From Bryobacterales bacterium (GTDB lineage Bacteria > Acidobacteriota > Terriglobia > Bryobacterales > Bryobacteraceae): a DNA stretch of 64,000 nt. Positions 7,997 to 16,858 of the stretch are shown here, piece by piece. Position 1 is the stretch's first letter. Each line of letters starts with the position of its first letter. The notes under the pieces were generated by a model. That model did not search any database, was not told the origin of the DNA, and saw only the letters and a list, made by a program, of their open reading frames with translations. A program made the position numbers and the translations under genes. The stretch covers positions 159,820 through 223,819 of the forward strand of contig CAWJDO010000003.1 in assembly GCA_963841635.1 (NCBI GenBank), read 5' to 3'.

Positions 7997-10894
7997 CTAT
8001 GGGTGTCCCGCGCCCGGGTCCTTATGGCCGGCGGCTTCTTCCGCGTGACCGGCGGCGGCCGGGCGAGGGGCGACGCCTCCCGCTTCTCCCATGTATTTGA
8101 TCCCTGTGGTAGTCGAATACTTCCGATAGTTCTGGAACGCCCGATCGCTCTTCATGGGCTGCCTTGAATTGGTTCCCAGATACACCCAGGTTGAGTGCTG
8201 CGGCACCAGGTACCGCTTGGCGCCGATGCGGACGAAATCGTAGTCGACCGCGATGGCCGATTGCTGGATGGGGAAATTCTTGGGAAGGTCGACGGCCTCG
8301 ACAACCACGCGCCGGATGGCCATGGTGTTCGCGTCGATCATGAAGGTGCCCTGGTAGGCCGCGAGGAACTGCGATCCCTGCTCGCCTAAAGACAGCAGGT
8401 AGCCGGAGTTCTTGCGCTCCACGCGATACTCGAAAACGTGGACGCGGGCGCCCTTCAATTCCGACATGCCCTTCCACTCGATGCGGGCGTTATGAGCTTC
8501 GTTGAAGACCAGGCCCAGCACGCCTCCGAGCTCACCGAAAAGGTCGAGCTTCTTCATGACGGAGGGCATGTTCGCCACCTGCCTGGAGGCGAGCGACTGG
8601 GTCCGCTCCTCGCCTTCGACATATTGCATCAGGTCAGTGGCGGAAGCGGCCGCGGACCAGTCGGCGTCCTTCTTCTTCGAGAACTTGGTGGTGGTCCGGG
8701 TGCAGACGAAATTCGGAAGATTTTCCCGGTAGTCGTTGGCGCGCTCGCGGGCAGCGGTGAGAATGCGCTGCAATTCAGCCTCTTCGGGCTTGGCGGCGCC
8801 CGCGATCAGTTTCGCGGCGAGCAGGGAGCCGATTCCCTCGCTCGAGGCGCCGGTCCTGGCGGCATCCGCCGGTAGCGACGCGATGATCGGGGCCGGCGGG
8901 GTGACCACCTCGAAATTGAGCTTCCGTTCCTGCGATGCCTTGCCTTGAGTGAGGCGGACCATCAGTTGATAGTGGCCCGGCTGGAGCAGGCTCCGCTTGA
9001 GCATGGCGCTGACCGGGATGGGGCCGCCCGGACGGCGTTCGAGCACCTTGATGGCGGGCCGCTCGAGCACCTTCCCATCCCGCTCCACCTCGACGATCAC
9101 ACGCGGCGGCACCGCTACGCGGGTATCGGGCGAGACGAGCAGGAAGGCCTGCACGTCGCGGTCCGCGCCTCTCCAGACCGGGATCAACAGGGGCACCACG
9201 CGGCCATCCTGATAACGGAGCGGATCGTCCGCGTCGCCGAGGGACCACAGCGGCTCCAGGGTGCGCACCAGGAACAGGTCGCAGACCGCAAGATCGGGCC
9301 CCACCGACAGGGTAAAGCCGGTGGATTTCGAGCTCAGCTTGTTGGCCTGCCTGTCGAGAACGGCGGCTTCGAGGTGATACTCGCCGGGCGGCAGGGCAAG
9401 GCTCCGGTCCAGGGTGTAAACGCCGTTGGTCGCGGACTCGATCCCTTCGGTGGCCATCTGATCGGGAACGTCCTGGCTGAACTTCTGCAGGATCTGGCCA
9501 GAGGCGTCCTTGACCAGCAGCAGCACCGAGAAGTGCATGTCGCACAGGCCGAGGGCGGGATCGAGCTTGCAGTAGATTCCGGCCAGCGGGAGCTCCAACA
9601 CCGCTTCGGCGCGGGCCTTGCCCTGCGCCTGGCCGAGGTGCAGCGTGTCGATCCGGAACGGAATGGTTTCGGTCCTCTCCGGCGCGCTGAGGGCCTTTAG
9701 CAGCGGGATTTCGAAGGGCGGCGTATCCGGTCCCGCGTCCGCCGGCAGGGCGAAATATCCCGAGCGGGATTGCAGGCGCGTCTCGGGCCGGCTCACTCGC
9801 ATCGATACGGCGCGGAACTGGCCGCTGCGCTCCGCCGAAGGTGCGGCGTACGCCACCTCGTAGTAGGTGGCGAGGTCGTCGGCAATCTTCCCGCTGGACG
9901 GCCCGACGTCGCTCGAACGGCGGATGTAGAGGCCGCCCGTCGCCTCGGCAAGGTCCTTGAGCGGCAGTCGCGAGCCCGTGTCGGCTTCCAACTGGATGAA
10001 CGTGAACCCGAGCGACTGGGCTGCCGGCTTGGCGGCCGCGGCTGGGGCAGCCGGCGGGGCATCGGCCGTCGCCGCGTTGGCGTCGAGAATCGAGGATGCC
10101 TTCTTCTCGGCGGCTTCGCTCAGCCCCCCGACATTGACGGTGTAGAGGGCGACGCCGGCCCGGTTCGCGCTTCCGATCGCGGCGCGCAACTGGTCGGACG
10201 AGCACTGCTCCACCTGAACACTGTCCGAAAAATAGACGATGGCCTTGCGCCCGCCGAGACCCACCTGCTGGCGGGACAACGCGACCAGAGCGGCAACCGG
10301 AGGACGCAGCCTTTCGTCGCGCTGGATGCGGTCCCAGCGGTCGAGGGTGCGTTGGGCGTTCAGCGCCAGAGGGTCGCTGGACGCGGCGGCGGGGGTCGAG
10401 ACGGCGGAAGGATTCCGGGGCGGGCCGGTGGCCGTTTCGATGGCCTTGGTCAAAAGGCCGCCGTCCTTGGTGAACGTCTGCACCAGTTCCAGCTTGTCGC
10501 TGATCCTCCAGACGGAAAACGAAGCGCCGGTGCCGATGAGCGCGTTCAGCATCCCGGTGGCCGCTTTTCGCGCCGCCGGGGCGGCATAGCTGTCCAGCCC
10601 GTCGAACATCAGGGATACGAGACGGGACCCCGCCGCCTGCTGGCCGCCGTTTCCGCCGCCGACCAACTGCAGCCGTTCAATTTTCACCGTGGCGCCGCCG
10701 TCGGTGATCTTCATCTCCTCGGGGCGCAGATCGCGGACGGGATGGCCGTGGTTGTCGCGCGCGACAAAATCGAGGACCACCTCCAGCCGGCCGGCAGCGG
10801 GCGCGGACGGTTGGGCGGGCACCGCTGTAGACTGCGCAGCCGCGGAAAAAGCCAGTGAAGCGAACAGTAGTAAGATCAACAGTGAATGGCGCAT
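7997..10894 (-). CDS. VWFA-related protein, long paralogue 2 (965 aa) with an extra C-terminal region
   Basis: It has a signal peptide (MRHSLLILLLFASLAFSAAAQ), an N-terminal block LEVVLDFVARDNHGHPVRDLRPEEMKITDGG, a VWA-like core and the block LAEATGGLYIRRSSD. The C-terminal roughly 300 aa are unrecognised. Confidence 0.8.
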   Translation of the reverse strand: MRHSLLILLLFASLAFSAAAQSTAVPAQPSAPAAGRLEVVLDFVARDNHGHPVRDLRPEEMKITDGGATVKIERLQLVGGGNGGQQAAGSRLVSLMFDGLDSYAAPAARKAATGMLNALIGTGASFSVWRISDKLELVQTFTKDGGLLTKAIETATGPPRNPSAVSTPAAASSDPLALNAQRTLDRWDRIQRDERLRPPVAALVALSRQQVGLGGRKAIVYFSDSVQVEQCSSDQLRAAIGSANRAGVALYTVNVGGLSEAAEKKASSILDANAATADAPPAAPAAAAKPAAQSLGFTFIQLEADTGSRLPLKDLAEATGGLYIRRSSDVGPSSGKIADDLATYYEVAYAAPSAERSGQFRAVSMRVSRPETRLQSRSGYFALPADAGPDTPPFEIPLLKALSAPERTETIPFRIDTLHLGQAQGKARAEAVLELPLAGIYCKLDPALGLCDMHFSVLLLVKDASGQILQKFSQDVPDQMATEGIESATNGVYTLDRSLALPPGEYHLEAAVLDRQANKLSSKSTGFTLSVGPDLAVCDLFLVRTLEPLWSLGDADDPLRYQDGRVVPLLIPVWRGADRDVQAFLLVSPDTRVAVPPRVIVEVERDGKVLERPAIKVLERRPGGPIPVSAMLKRSLLQPGHYQLMVRLTQGKASQERKLNFEVVTPPAPIIASLPADAARTGASSEGIGSLLAAKLIAGAAKPEEAELQRILTAARERANDYRENLPNFVCTRTTTKFSKKKDADWSAAASATDLMQYVEGEERTQSLASRQVANMPSVMKKLDLFGELGGVLGLVFNEAHNARIEWKGMSELKGARVHVFEYRVERKNSGYLLSLGEQGSQFLAAYQGTFMIDANTMAIRRVVVEAVDLPKNFPIQQSAIAVDYDFVRIGAKRYLVPQHSTWVYLGTNSRQPMKSDRAFQNYRKYSTTTGIKYMGEAGGVAPRPAAAGHAEEAAGHKDPGAGHP

Positions 10895-10988
10895 TAAGGA
10901 CCCTAAGAAGTTACAGGCCAGCGATCCATTCTAGTCTTTACGGCAACGATTGTCTAAGGCCTAGGGCACCCGGTTGCCACCGGCGGAT

Positions 10989-11018
10989 GTCCGCTCACTC
11001 ACGTTCGCGGTTCGGTGC
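10989..11018. repeat. Family-A REP, right half only (GTCCGCTCACTCACGTTCGCGGTTCGGTGC)
   Basis: Direct reading between the VWA2 start (10894) and the VWA3 stop (11047). Confidence 0.7.
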
Positions 11019-11046
11019 TGCCCGCTCACCCGGTGCTGCCCTGGCG

Positions 11047-13242
11047 CTAGTTCGCAGCCACGGTGAACTTCAGGCTTCGCTCGAGCGCCTGGGCGCCCTG
11101 AATCGCGACGATCTTTAACTCGCAATCGCCCGGCTTCGCCGCGGACTCGATCAGCATCGGGATGGCCCCGCTGGCGTCGGGGGCCGGCAGGTCGGCGACC
11201 TGCTTGGCAAGCACCTGGCCGTTGAGCAGGAATTGCACCATGAGCCGGGGCTGCTCCGTCTTCGCCTTATCCGGATAGACTACGAAGAACACATACGGCT
11301 TGGCGGTGGCGCGCAACGTGGTGGCCAGCTCGGGCGTCACCCGGTTATTCCCGACCCGGAAAGGATCGCTCGCATCCGGCTGGCCGCCGGCGGCGTCCAC
11401 CTGTCTCACCAGCACCACGCTGCTTAGCCTCAATCCTTTCCGTTCGGGGCTGTCGAACGCCATCTCGTTGGTGGACTCGCGATTGCCCTGCCGGTCGAGC
11501 ACGGACGTCTCTACCGTGTAGCGCCCGGGAGGGAGAGTCAGCACGTGCGTATAGGGAATGGTCTCCGTCGCAATCGCGGCCAGCTTGTCGTCCGGAATCT
11601 CGAACGGGGCGTCCTGGCTGAACTTGTCGACGACCTGCCCGCTGGCGTCCTTCACCAGGCTGACCATGGAAAGATGCACGCGATGCCTCTTCTGCTCCGG
11701 CTCGGGCGTGGCCGTCAGAGCGGCCACCGGCACCTCGTACGTCAGGGCGTATTGCGAGTTATCGCCTTCCGCGCGGAACTGGAGGACCGCGGAACGAAAG
11801 TCGAAAGCGTGCGGGCGCGGGTCGTGACCGAGGGCCAGCAGCCCGAGAACATCGCTCGAGGTCAGCGGGGCGGAGTCCTTGAGCTCCGGCAGAGCGAAGT
11901 ATCCGGGACGGCTCTCCACGGTCAGGTCGGGCCGCGTGAGCTTGACCTCGATCTTCCGCAGACGGCCGTCGTACTTATCCGAGCCGGGGCGGTATACGGC
12001 TTCGTAGTGGGCATCTATCTCGTCGACGACGTGCTGGAACGGCTTCTTGAGATCGTTGGTGCTGCCGATCAGGAAACCGCCCGTCCCTTCGGCCAGCGCG
12101 CGCAGGCTAGCCTGCGTGTCCGTGGTGCGCACGGCGTTGAGCAGGTAGTCGTCCTGCCGCATCTTCTCCATGGTCACCGCCGGGCTGTCGTTCAGGCCGC
12201 GCTGGGACCTGCTGAGGGAGGCGACGTGATTCACCGCCGCGGTGGACGCCAGGACGTTGGAGTTCTGGCTCAAGCCGGTCACGTCGACGGCAAAGAAGGT
12301 GACGCCGGCCTTGTGGGCGCGGTTGAGGATGGCTTCGAACCGGTCTTCATCGCCCGTGGTCGCCAGTCCCGGGCTGAACAGCAACACCGTCTTGCGTCCC
12401 GGCAGCCTGGCGAGTTGATCGATGGTCACGAGGATGGAGTCGGTCTCGCGCATTCCTTCGATGTGGCCGAACTGGCGCCGCTGGCTCGCCTGGTCCCCGC
12501 GAAGGATGTTGGAGCCGAAGGAAGTGGCCACGTCCGCGCCGTTGATGGCGCTGGCATTGAGGGAGCCTCCGGTAATGGTCAAATCGGTGCTGACACCGCC
12601 TCCCGAGGCGCCTCCGCTGCCGCTGACCGTCACGCTGACCATGACCGGCTCGGCGCTGAGCAATGCCTGGGCGGAGCCCATGATGTCCGCTGTCCCGGTG
12701 GAGACGTTCTTGATGGCCTGAGCGATCTCCTCGCGGTTGGTGGTGAAGGAGTGCAGCGCGGTCAGCCGGTCGGTGAGGCCGAAAACGCCGACCCAGGTGC
12801 CCGGCTCGAGGTTGTCCTTCAGGAACTCTTCGGCGCCGTCCACCGCGTACTGCCTGGTGTACGGATCGAGGTTGTGGAAGATGATGCAGACAACGTTCAG
12901 GGCGCGCAACGACCGGCCCGCCGGAGCAGCCGGACGGACGGGGACGGGCGCCGCGGGCTCCTCTTTCGCAGGCGGCGCGGCGGCGGGACGGGGCGCCTCT
13001 TCCAGCCGGAAGCTAAGCAAGTCCCGGCGGACGCCGTCTTCGTAGATCTCGACCTCGCCGGGCTTCAGGTTCCTGACCAGGCGGCCGTGCTTGTCGCGCA
13101 CCACCAGATCGAGTAGCACCTCGTTGACTGTGGTTTTGATGGTGACGGGCGGTTCCGGCGCCGGGGCATTCTGTCCCAGCGCCAGCGCGCGAAGCGTCAG
13201 GCAGATGGCAACTCCAGCGGCCGGGATGAACGTTCTTCGCAT
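11047..13242 (-). CDS. VWFA-related protein, paralogue 3
   Basis: 731-aa ORF. Blocks include VNEVLLDLVVRDKHGRLVRNLKPGEVEIYEDGV, MRQDDYLLNAVRTTDTQASLRALAEGTGGFLIGSTNDL and KYDGRLRKIEVKLTRPDLTVESRPGYFALPELK. Confidence 0.85.
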   Translation of the reverse strand: MRRTFIPAAGVAICLTLRALALGQNAPAPEPPVTIKTTVNEVLLDLVVRDKHGRLVRNLKPGEVEIYEDGVRRDLLSFRLEEAPRPAAAPPAKEEPAAPVPVRPAAPAGRSLRALNVVCIIFHNLDPYTRQYAVDGAEEFLKDNLEPGTWVGVFGLTDRLTALHSFTTNREEIAQAIKNVSTGTADIMGSAQALLSAEPVMVSVTVSGSGGASGGGVSTDLTITGGSLNASAINGADVATSFGSNILRGDQASQRRQFGHIEGMRETDSILVTIDQLARLPGRKTVLLFSPGLATTGDEDRFEAILNRAHKAGVTFFAVDVTGLSQNSNVLASTAAVNHVASLSRSQRGLNDSPAVTMEKMRQDDYLLNAVRTTDTQASLRALAEGTGGFLIGSTNDLKKPFQHVVDEIDAHYEAVYRPGSDKYDGRLRKIEVKLTRPDLTVESRPGYFALPELKDSAPLTSSDVLGLLALGHDPRPHAFDFRSAVLQFRAEGDNSQYALTYEVPVAALTATPEPEQKRHRVHLSMVSLVKDASGQVVDKFSQDAPFEIPDDKLAAIATETIPYTHVLTLPPGRYTVETSVLDRQGNRESTNEMAFDSPERKGLRLSSVVLVRQVDAAGGQPDASDPFRVGNNRVTPELATTLRATAKPYVFFVVYPDKAKTEQPRLMVQFLLNGQVLAKQVADLPAPDASGAIPMLIESAAKPGDCELKIVAIQGAQALERSLKFTVAAN

Positions 13243-13278
13243 CTCGCCCCTGGCGGCTCCGCGCCGCCGGCCCCGAAC

Positions 13279-15498
13279 TCAGTTCGCAACCACAGTGTAC
13301 TTCACGCTGCGCTCCAGCGATTCGGAGCCTTGCGTCGCAATAATCTTCAGCTCGCAGTTGCCCGGCTTGGCCAGCGTGCCGAACAGTTTCGGCACCGCGC
13401 CGGCCGCATCCGCCGCGGGCAGATCTTCCGCGCGCCTCGCAACCACCTGGCCGTCGATCAGGAACTGGATCTCGATGCGTGCATGCGCGGAGTTGGCCTT
13501 GTCCGGATAGACCACGAAGTACACGAAGGGCTTGGCGCCTGCCGGAAGCGTCGGCGCCAGTTCCGGCGTCACGCGTTTGGTGCCCACCCGGAAAGGATCG
13601 CCCGCATCCGGCTTCCCGGTCGCGGCTTCCACCTGCCTGATCAGCAACACGCTGCTCATCCCGATCCCTTTGCTCGGGGGATTCTCGATCACCACCTCGC
13701 TGGTAGACGCCCGGCTGCCCTCGCGGTCGAGCACGGCGGTCTCCACCGTGAAGCGTCCCGCGGGAAGACTGAGCACGTGCGTATAGGGAATCGAGGCGCC
13801 GGCGAGCGCGGACATTTTGTCGTCGGGAATCTCGAAGGGGGCATCCTGGCTGAACTTGTCGATCACCTGTCCGCTGGCATCCTTCACCAGCGCGAAGACG
13901 GAAACGTGGACGTGGTGCTGTTTCAGTTGCGGCTGGGGCGTCACGGTCAGACTGGAGGTTGGCACCTCGTATGTCATGGCGAACTGCGACGTCTCCGCTC
14001 CCGGCCGGAATTGGAAGGCCGCGGATCGAAAATCGAAGGCGTGCGGACGGGGCTGCGCATTCAGCATCATCAGGCCGGCCACATCGACGGGCGTCAAGGA
14101 CGCCGCGCCCGGCAGGTCGGGCAGGGCAAAATAGCCCAGGCGGGTTTCGACGGTGAGGTCCGCCCGCGCCAGCTTGACTTCGATCTTCCGCAGACGCCCG
14201 TCGTACTTATCGGAGGTGGAATGGTACGCCGCCTCGTAATGCGCGCCCACGTCTTCCATGAGCTTCTGAAACGGCTTTCGAAAATCGTTGGTGTTGGCGA
14301 TCAGGAACCCGCCCGTCCCTTCGGATAAGGCGCGCAAGGGCGCCTGTGTGTCGGAGGTGCGCACGGCGTTATGCAGGTAGTCGTCCTGCCGCATGAGTTC
14401 GGCGTCCTGGCCGACGCTGCCCGTGGTGGCGGTGGAATCGAGAGTTTGATTCGCGCCCTTCGATTGCTGGGCGCTCAGAGCGGCCACGTGCTGCAGAGCC
14501 TGCGTCCCGGCCTGGACGTTGGAATTCGCGCTCAAACCGTTGGTGTCCAGGGCATAGACCGTGAGGTTTGCATTGTTGGCGGCGGCCAGAATCGGCTTGA
14601 ACTGCTCGGGATCGCCCGTGGTGGTCATGCCGGGACTCAGCATCAGGACGGTCTTGTGTCCGGGCAGCGGCCCCAGTTCAGAAATCATCGTCCTCATCGC
14701 ATCGAGGGAGAGCATTCCTTCGATGCCGCCAAAGTTCCGCTGCTGATCGACGAGGTCGCCGCGCTTAGCATCCGCACCGAGACCGGTCTCCACGTCCACT
14801 CCGGCGTTGACGGCGGTATTGACCCTGCCCGCCTGCAACACCTCGGTCCCTCCGCCGGTACGTGCGCCGGCATTCGCGAACCCTTCGATCACATCCAGAT
14901 TGGGCGTGCCGTTCAGAACCGCGTCGGCGACCCTGGAAAGCTGGAAAGTCCCGCCGCCGCTGAAATTGTTCGAAGCCGCCCGCAGAAGGTCGGCGCGGTT
15001 GGTGGTGAACGGGTGGAGCACGGTCATGCGGGTACCGAGATAAAAAATGCCAATCCAGGTATCGGGCTGCATCTGGTTATTGAGGAACTCCTGCAGGGCC
15101 TCGAGTCGCAGTTTCGTCATGGTCGCGTCGAGGTTGTTCTGATTATGAAGAACAATGCAGATCAAATTGACTTTTCGCAGGGTCTGGGGCGCGGGGGCGG
15201 CGGCGACCTTCGGTTGTTTGGCGGCAGCCGCTTGAACGCTGTAGCCTTCCGCCAGGTGGAAACTGAGGATTTTCTGGGGGACTCCGTCTTCGAAGACCTG
15301 CACGTCGCCGGGCTTCAGGTTCTTCACGATCTTGCGGTGCTTGTCCCGCACGACAAAATCGAGGAGAACCTCGTTTGCGGTGGCGTGAATCGTTGTATTC
15401 GATTGCGGCGGCGCCGGGGTCTGGCCTCCGGCCCGTGTGCCGACCTGAGCGCACAACAGCAACGCGGCGGCCGGGATGAACAGCTTCGACATGGGCAT
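13279..15498 (-). CDS. VWFA-related protein, paralogue 4
   Basis: 739-aa ORF with the same conserved blocks as paralogue 3: ANEVLLDFVVRDKHRKIVKNLKPGDVQVFEDGVPQ, MRQDDYLHNAVRTSDTQAPLRALSEGTGGFLIANTNDF and KYDGRLRKIEVKLARADLTVETRLGYFALPDLP. Confidence 0.85.
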   Translation of the reverse strand: MPMSKLFIPAAALLLCAQVGTRAGGQTPAPPQSNTTIHATANEVLLDFVVRDKHRKIVKNLKPGDVQVFEDGVPQKILSFHLAEGYSVQAAAAKQPKVAAAPAPQTLRKVNLICIVLHNQNNLDATMTKLRLEALQEFLNNQMQPDTWIGIFYLGTRMTVLHPFTTNRADLLRAASNNFSGGGTFQLSRVADAVLNGTPNLDVIEGFANAGARTGGGTEVLQAGRVNTAVNAGVDVETGLGADAKRGDLVDQQRNFGGIEGMLSLDAMRTMISELGPLPGHKTVLMLSPGMTTTGDPEQFKPILAAANNANLTVYALDTNGLSANSNVQAGTQALQHVAALSAQQSKGANQTLDSTATTGSVGQDAELMRQDDYLHNAVRTSDTQAPLRALSEGTGGFLIANTNDFRKPFQKLMEDVGAHYEAAYHSTSDKYDGRLRKIEVKLARADLTVETRLGYFALPDLPGAASLTPVDVAGLMMLNAQPRPHAFDFRSAAFQFRPGAETSQFAMTYEVPTSSLTVTPQPQLKQHHVHVSVFALVKDASGQVIDKFSQDAPFEIPDDKMSALAGASIPYTHVLSLPAGRFTVETAVLDREGSRASTSEVVIENPPSKGIGMSSVLLIRQVEAATGKPDAGDPFRVGTKRVTPELAPTLPAGAKPFVYFVVYPDKANSAHARIEIQFLIDGQVVARRAEDLPAADAAGAVPKLFGTLAKPGNCELKIIATQGSESLERSVKYTVVAN

Positions 15499-15526
15499 AT
15501 TTTAGCTCTTCCGAGTCTCTTTCCGC

Positions 15527-15570
15527 ATTGTCTTGACATTGTCTTGACATTGTCTTGACATTGTCTTGAC
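15527..15570. repeat. Perfect tandem repeat, 4 x 11 bp (ATTGTCTTGAC), plus a degenerate fifth unit
   Basis: Direct reading, anchored on the VWA4 start codon at 15496-15498. Each unit junction creates TTGACA on the + strand. Confidence 0.95.
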
Positions 15571-15683
15571 ATCGTCGCGGCCGTCATTCGGCGCTCGCGC
15601 GCCTGGCCTCGCCGGAGGTTTGACGCGCTCCGGGCGTTTCGCGTTGCGCTTCATTTCCGTTCGCCAGGGGCTATGCTGGGGGC

Positions 15684-16781
15684 ATGGTGGTGCGCGTTCT
15701 CGTTCCGGTCCTGCTCCTCGTCGGCGCCGCTCTCGCGCAGGACGCCGATCCAGAGCAACTCTTCCGCGAGGCCGCCGAGGCGCAGCAGCACGGGGACAAC
15801 GCGCTGGCTGTCGAGAAGTACCAGGCGCTGATCAAGCTTCGACCGGACAGCGTCGCGGCGCACGCCAACCTCGGGGCGGCGCTCACCCAGTTGCGCCGTT
15901 TCGACGAGGCGATCGCCGAGTACGAGCGCGCTCTGGCGGGGGCTCCGGACCAGGTCCAGATCCGGGCCAACCTGGCCCTGGCGTACTACAAAGCGGGCCG
16001 CATCGACCGCGCCGCCGCCGAGTTCGAGAGATTGCACGGCCTCGCGCCGGAGGAGAAACGCTTCACTCTTCTGCTGGCCGACTGCTGGTTGCAGCAGGGC
16101 GAAAACCGCAAGGTGATCGCGTTGCTGGAGCCTCTCGATGCGCAGAATCGGGACGACCTGACTTTCTCCTACCTTTACGGCACGGCGCTGATGCGGGAAG
16201 ACCGCACGGAGCGCGGGCAGGAGGTGATGGACCGTATCCTCAGGAACGGCGATTCGGCGCAGGCCCGCATTCTCATGGCCTCGGCGCGGATGAAGATGCA
16301 GGACTGGAAGGGCGCGAAAGCGGACCTGGAGCGGGCCATCGAGATCGACCCGGCCCTCCCCGGGGTGCACTCCCTGTTAGGCGTAGTGATGGACGAGCTC
16401 ATGGATACCACCGCCAGCGTGCAATATCAGAAAGAATTAGAGGTCAATCCGAACGACTTTTCCGCGAATTTCCATCTGGGGGTCTACGCGCTTCACGATA
16501 ATCGTGTCGAGGCGGCCGAGGCCTACCTCGTAAAGGCGGTCGATATGCGGCCGGGGGACCCGGGCGCGCTGCTGCAACTGGCCAACGTCCGGTCGGCCCA
16601 GGGCAGGCGCGAAGAGGCCCGCCAGATCCTCGAGGGAGTCGTCCAACGCTACCCGGATTTCCGCGAAGCGCATGTGGTGCTGGCCAGCGTCTACTATCGC
16701 CTGAAGCGCAAGGACGACGGCGACCGGGAAAACGAGATCGCGCGGAAGCTGAGCGAGAAGGCCGCCGGTCACATCCACTGA
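15684..16781 (+). CDS. TPR repeat protein, secreted (module 1)
   Basis: 365 aa. It has a signal peptide (MVVRVLVPVLLLVGAALAQ) and repeated TPR-like units (EKYQALIKLRPDSVAAHANLGAAL...). It is a paralogue of 18704-19828. Confidence 0.8.
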   Translation: MVVRVLVPVLLLVGAALAQDADPEQLFREAAEAQQHGDNALAVEKYQALIKLRPDSVAAHANLGAALTQLRRFDEAIAEYERALAGAPDQVQIRANLALAYYKAGRIDRAAAEFERLHGLAPEEKRFTLLLADCWLQQGENRKVIALLEPLDAQNRDDLTFSYLYGTALMREDRTERGQEVMDRILRNGDSAQARILMASARMKMQDWKGAKADLERAIEIDPALPGVHSLLGVVMDELMDTTASVQYQKELEVNPNDFSANFHLGVYALHDNRVEAAEAYLVKAVDMRPGDPGALLQLANVRSAQGRREEARQILEGVVQRYPDFREAHVVLASVYYRLKRKDDGDRENEIARKLSEKAAGHIH

Positions 16782-16797
16782 GGGGCGCGGCGAAGTT

Positions 16798-16852
16798 CAC
16801 CGAACCGGTAGAGTAAGCGAGCGGACCGCTCCCTGACGGGCGCGGTTCGGTG
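16798..16852. repeat. Family-A REP, full palindrome (CACCGAACCG...AGCGGACCGCT...CGGTTCGGTG)
   Basis: Arms are at 16798-16807 and 16843-16852, with a central AGCGG-A-CCGCT mini-hairpin. It sits between convergent stop codons at 16781 and 16859. Confidence 0.85.
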
Positions 16853-16858
16853 CCCCGG

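Noticed and set aside
15527-15570. A CRISPR-like interpretation of the 11-bp repeats (and likewise of 18577-18609)
   Set aside because: The units are directly adjacent with no spacers and are far shorter than CRISPR repeats. No cas genes are present.
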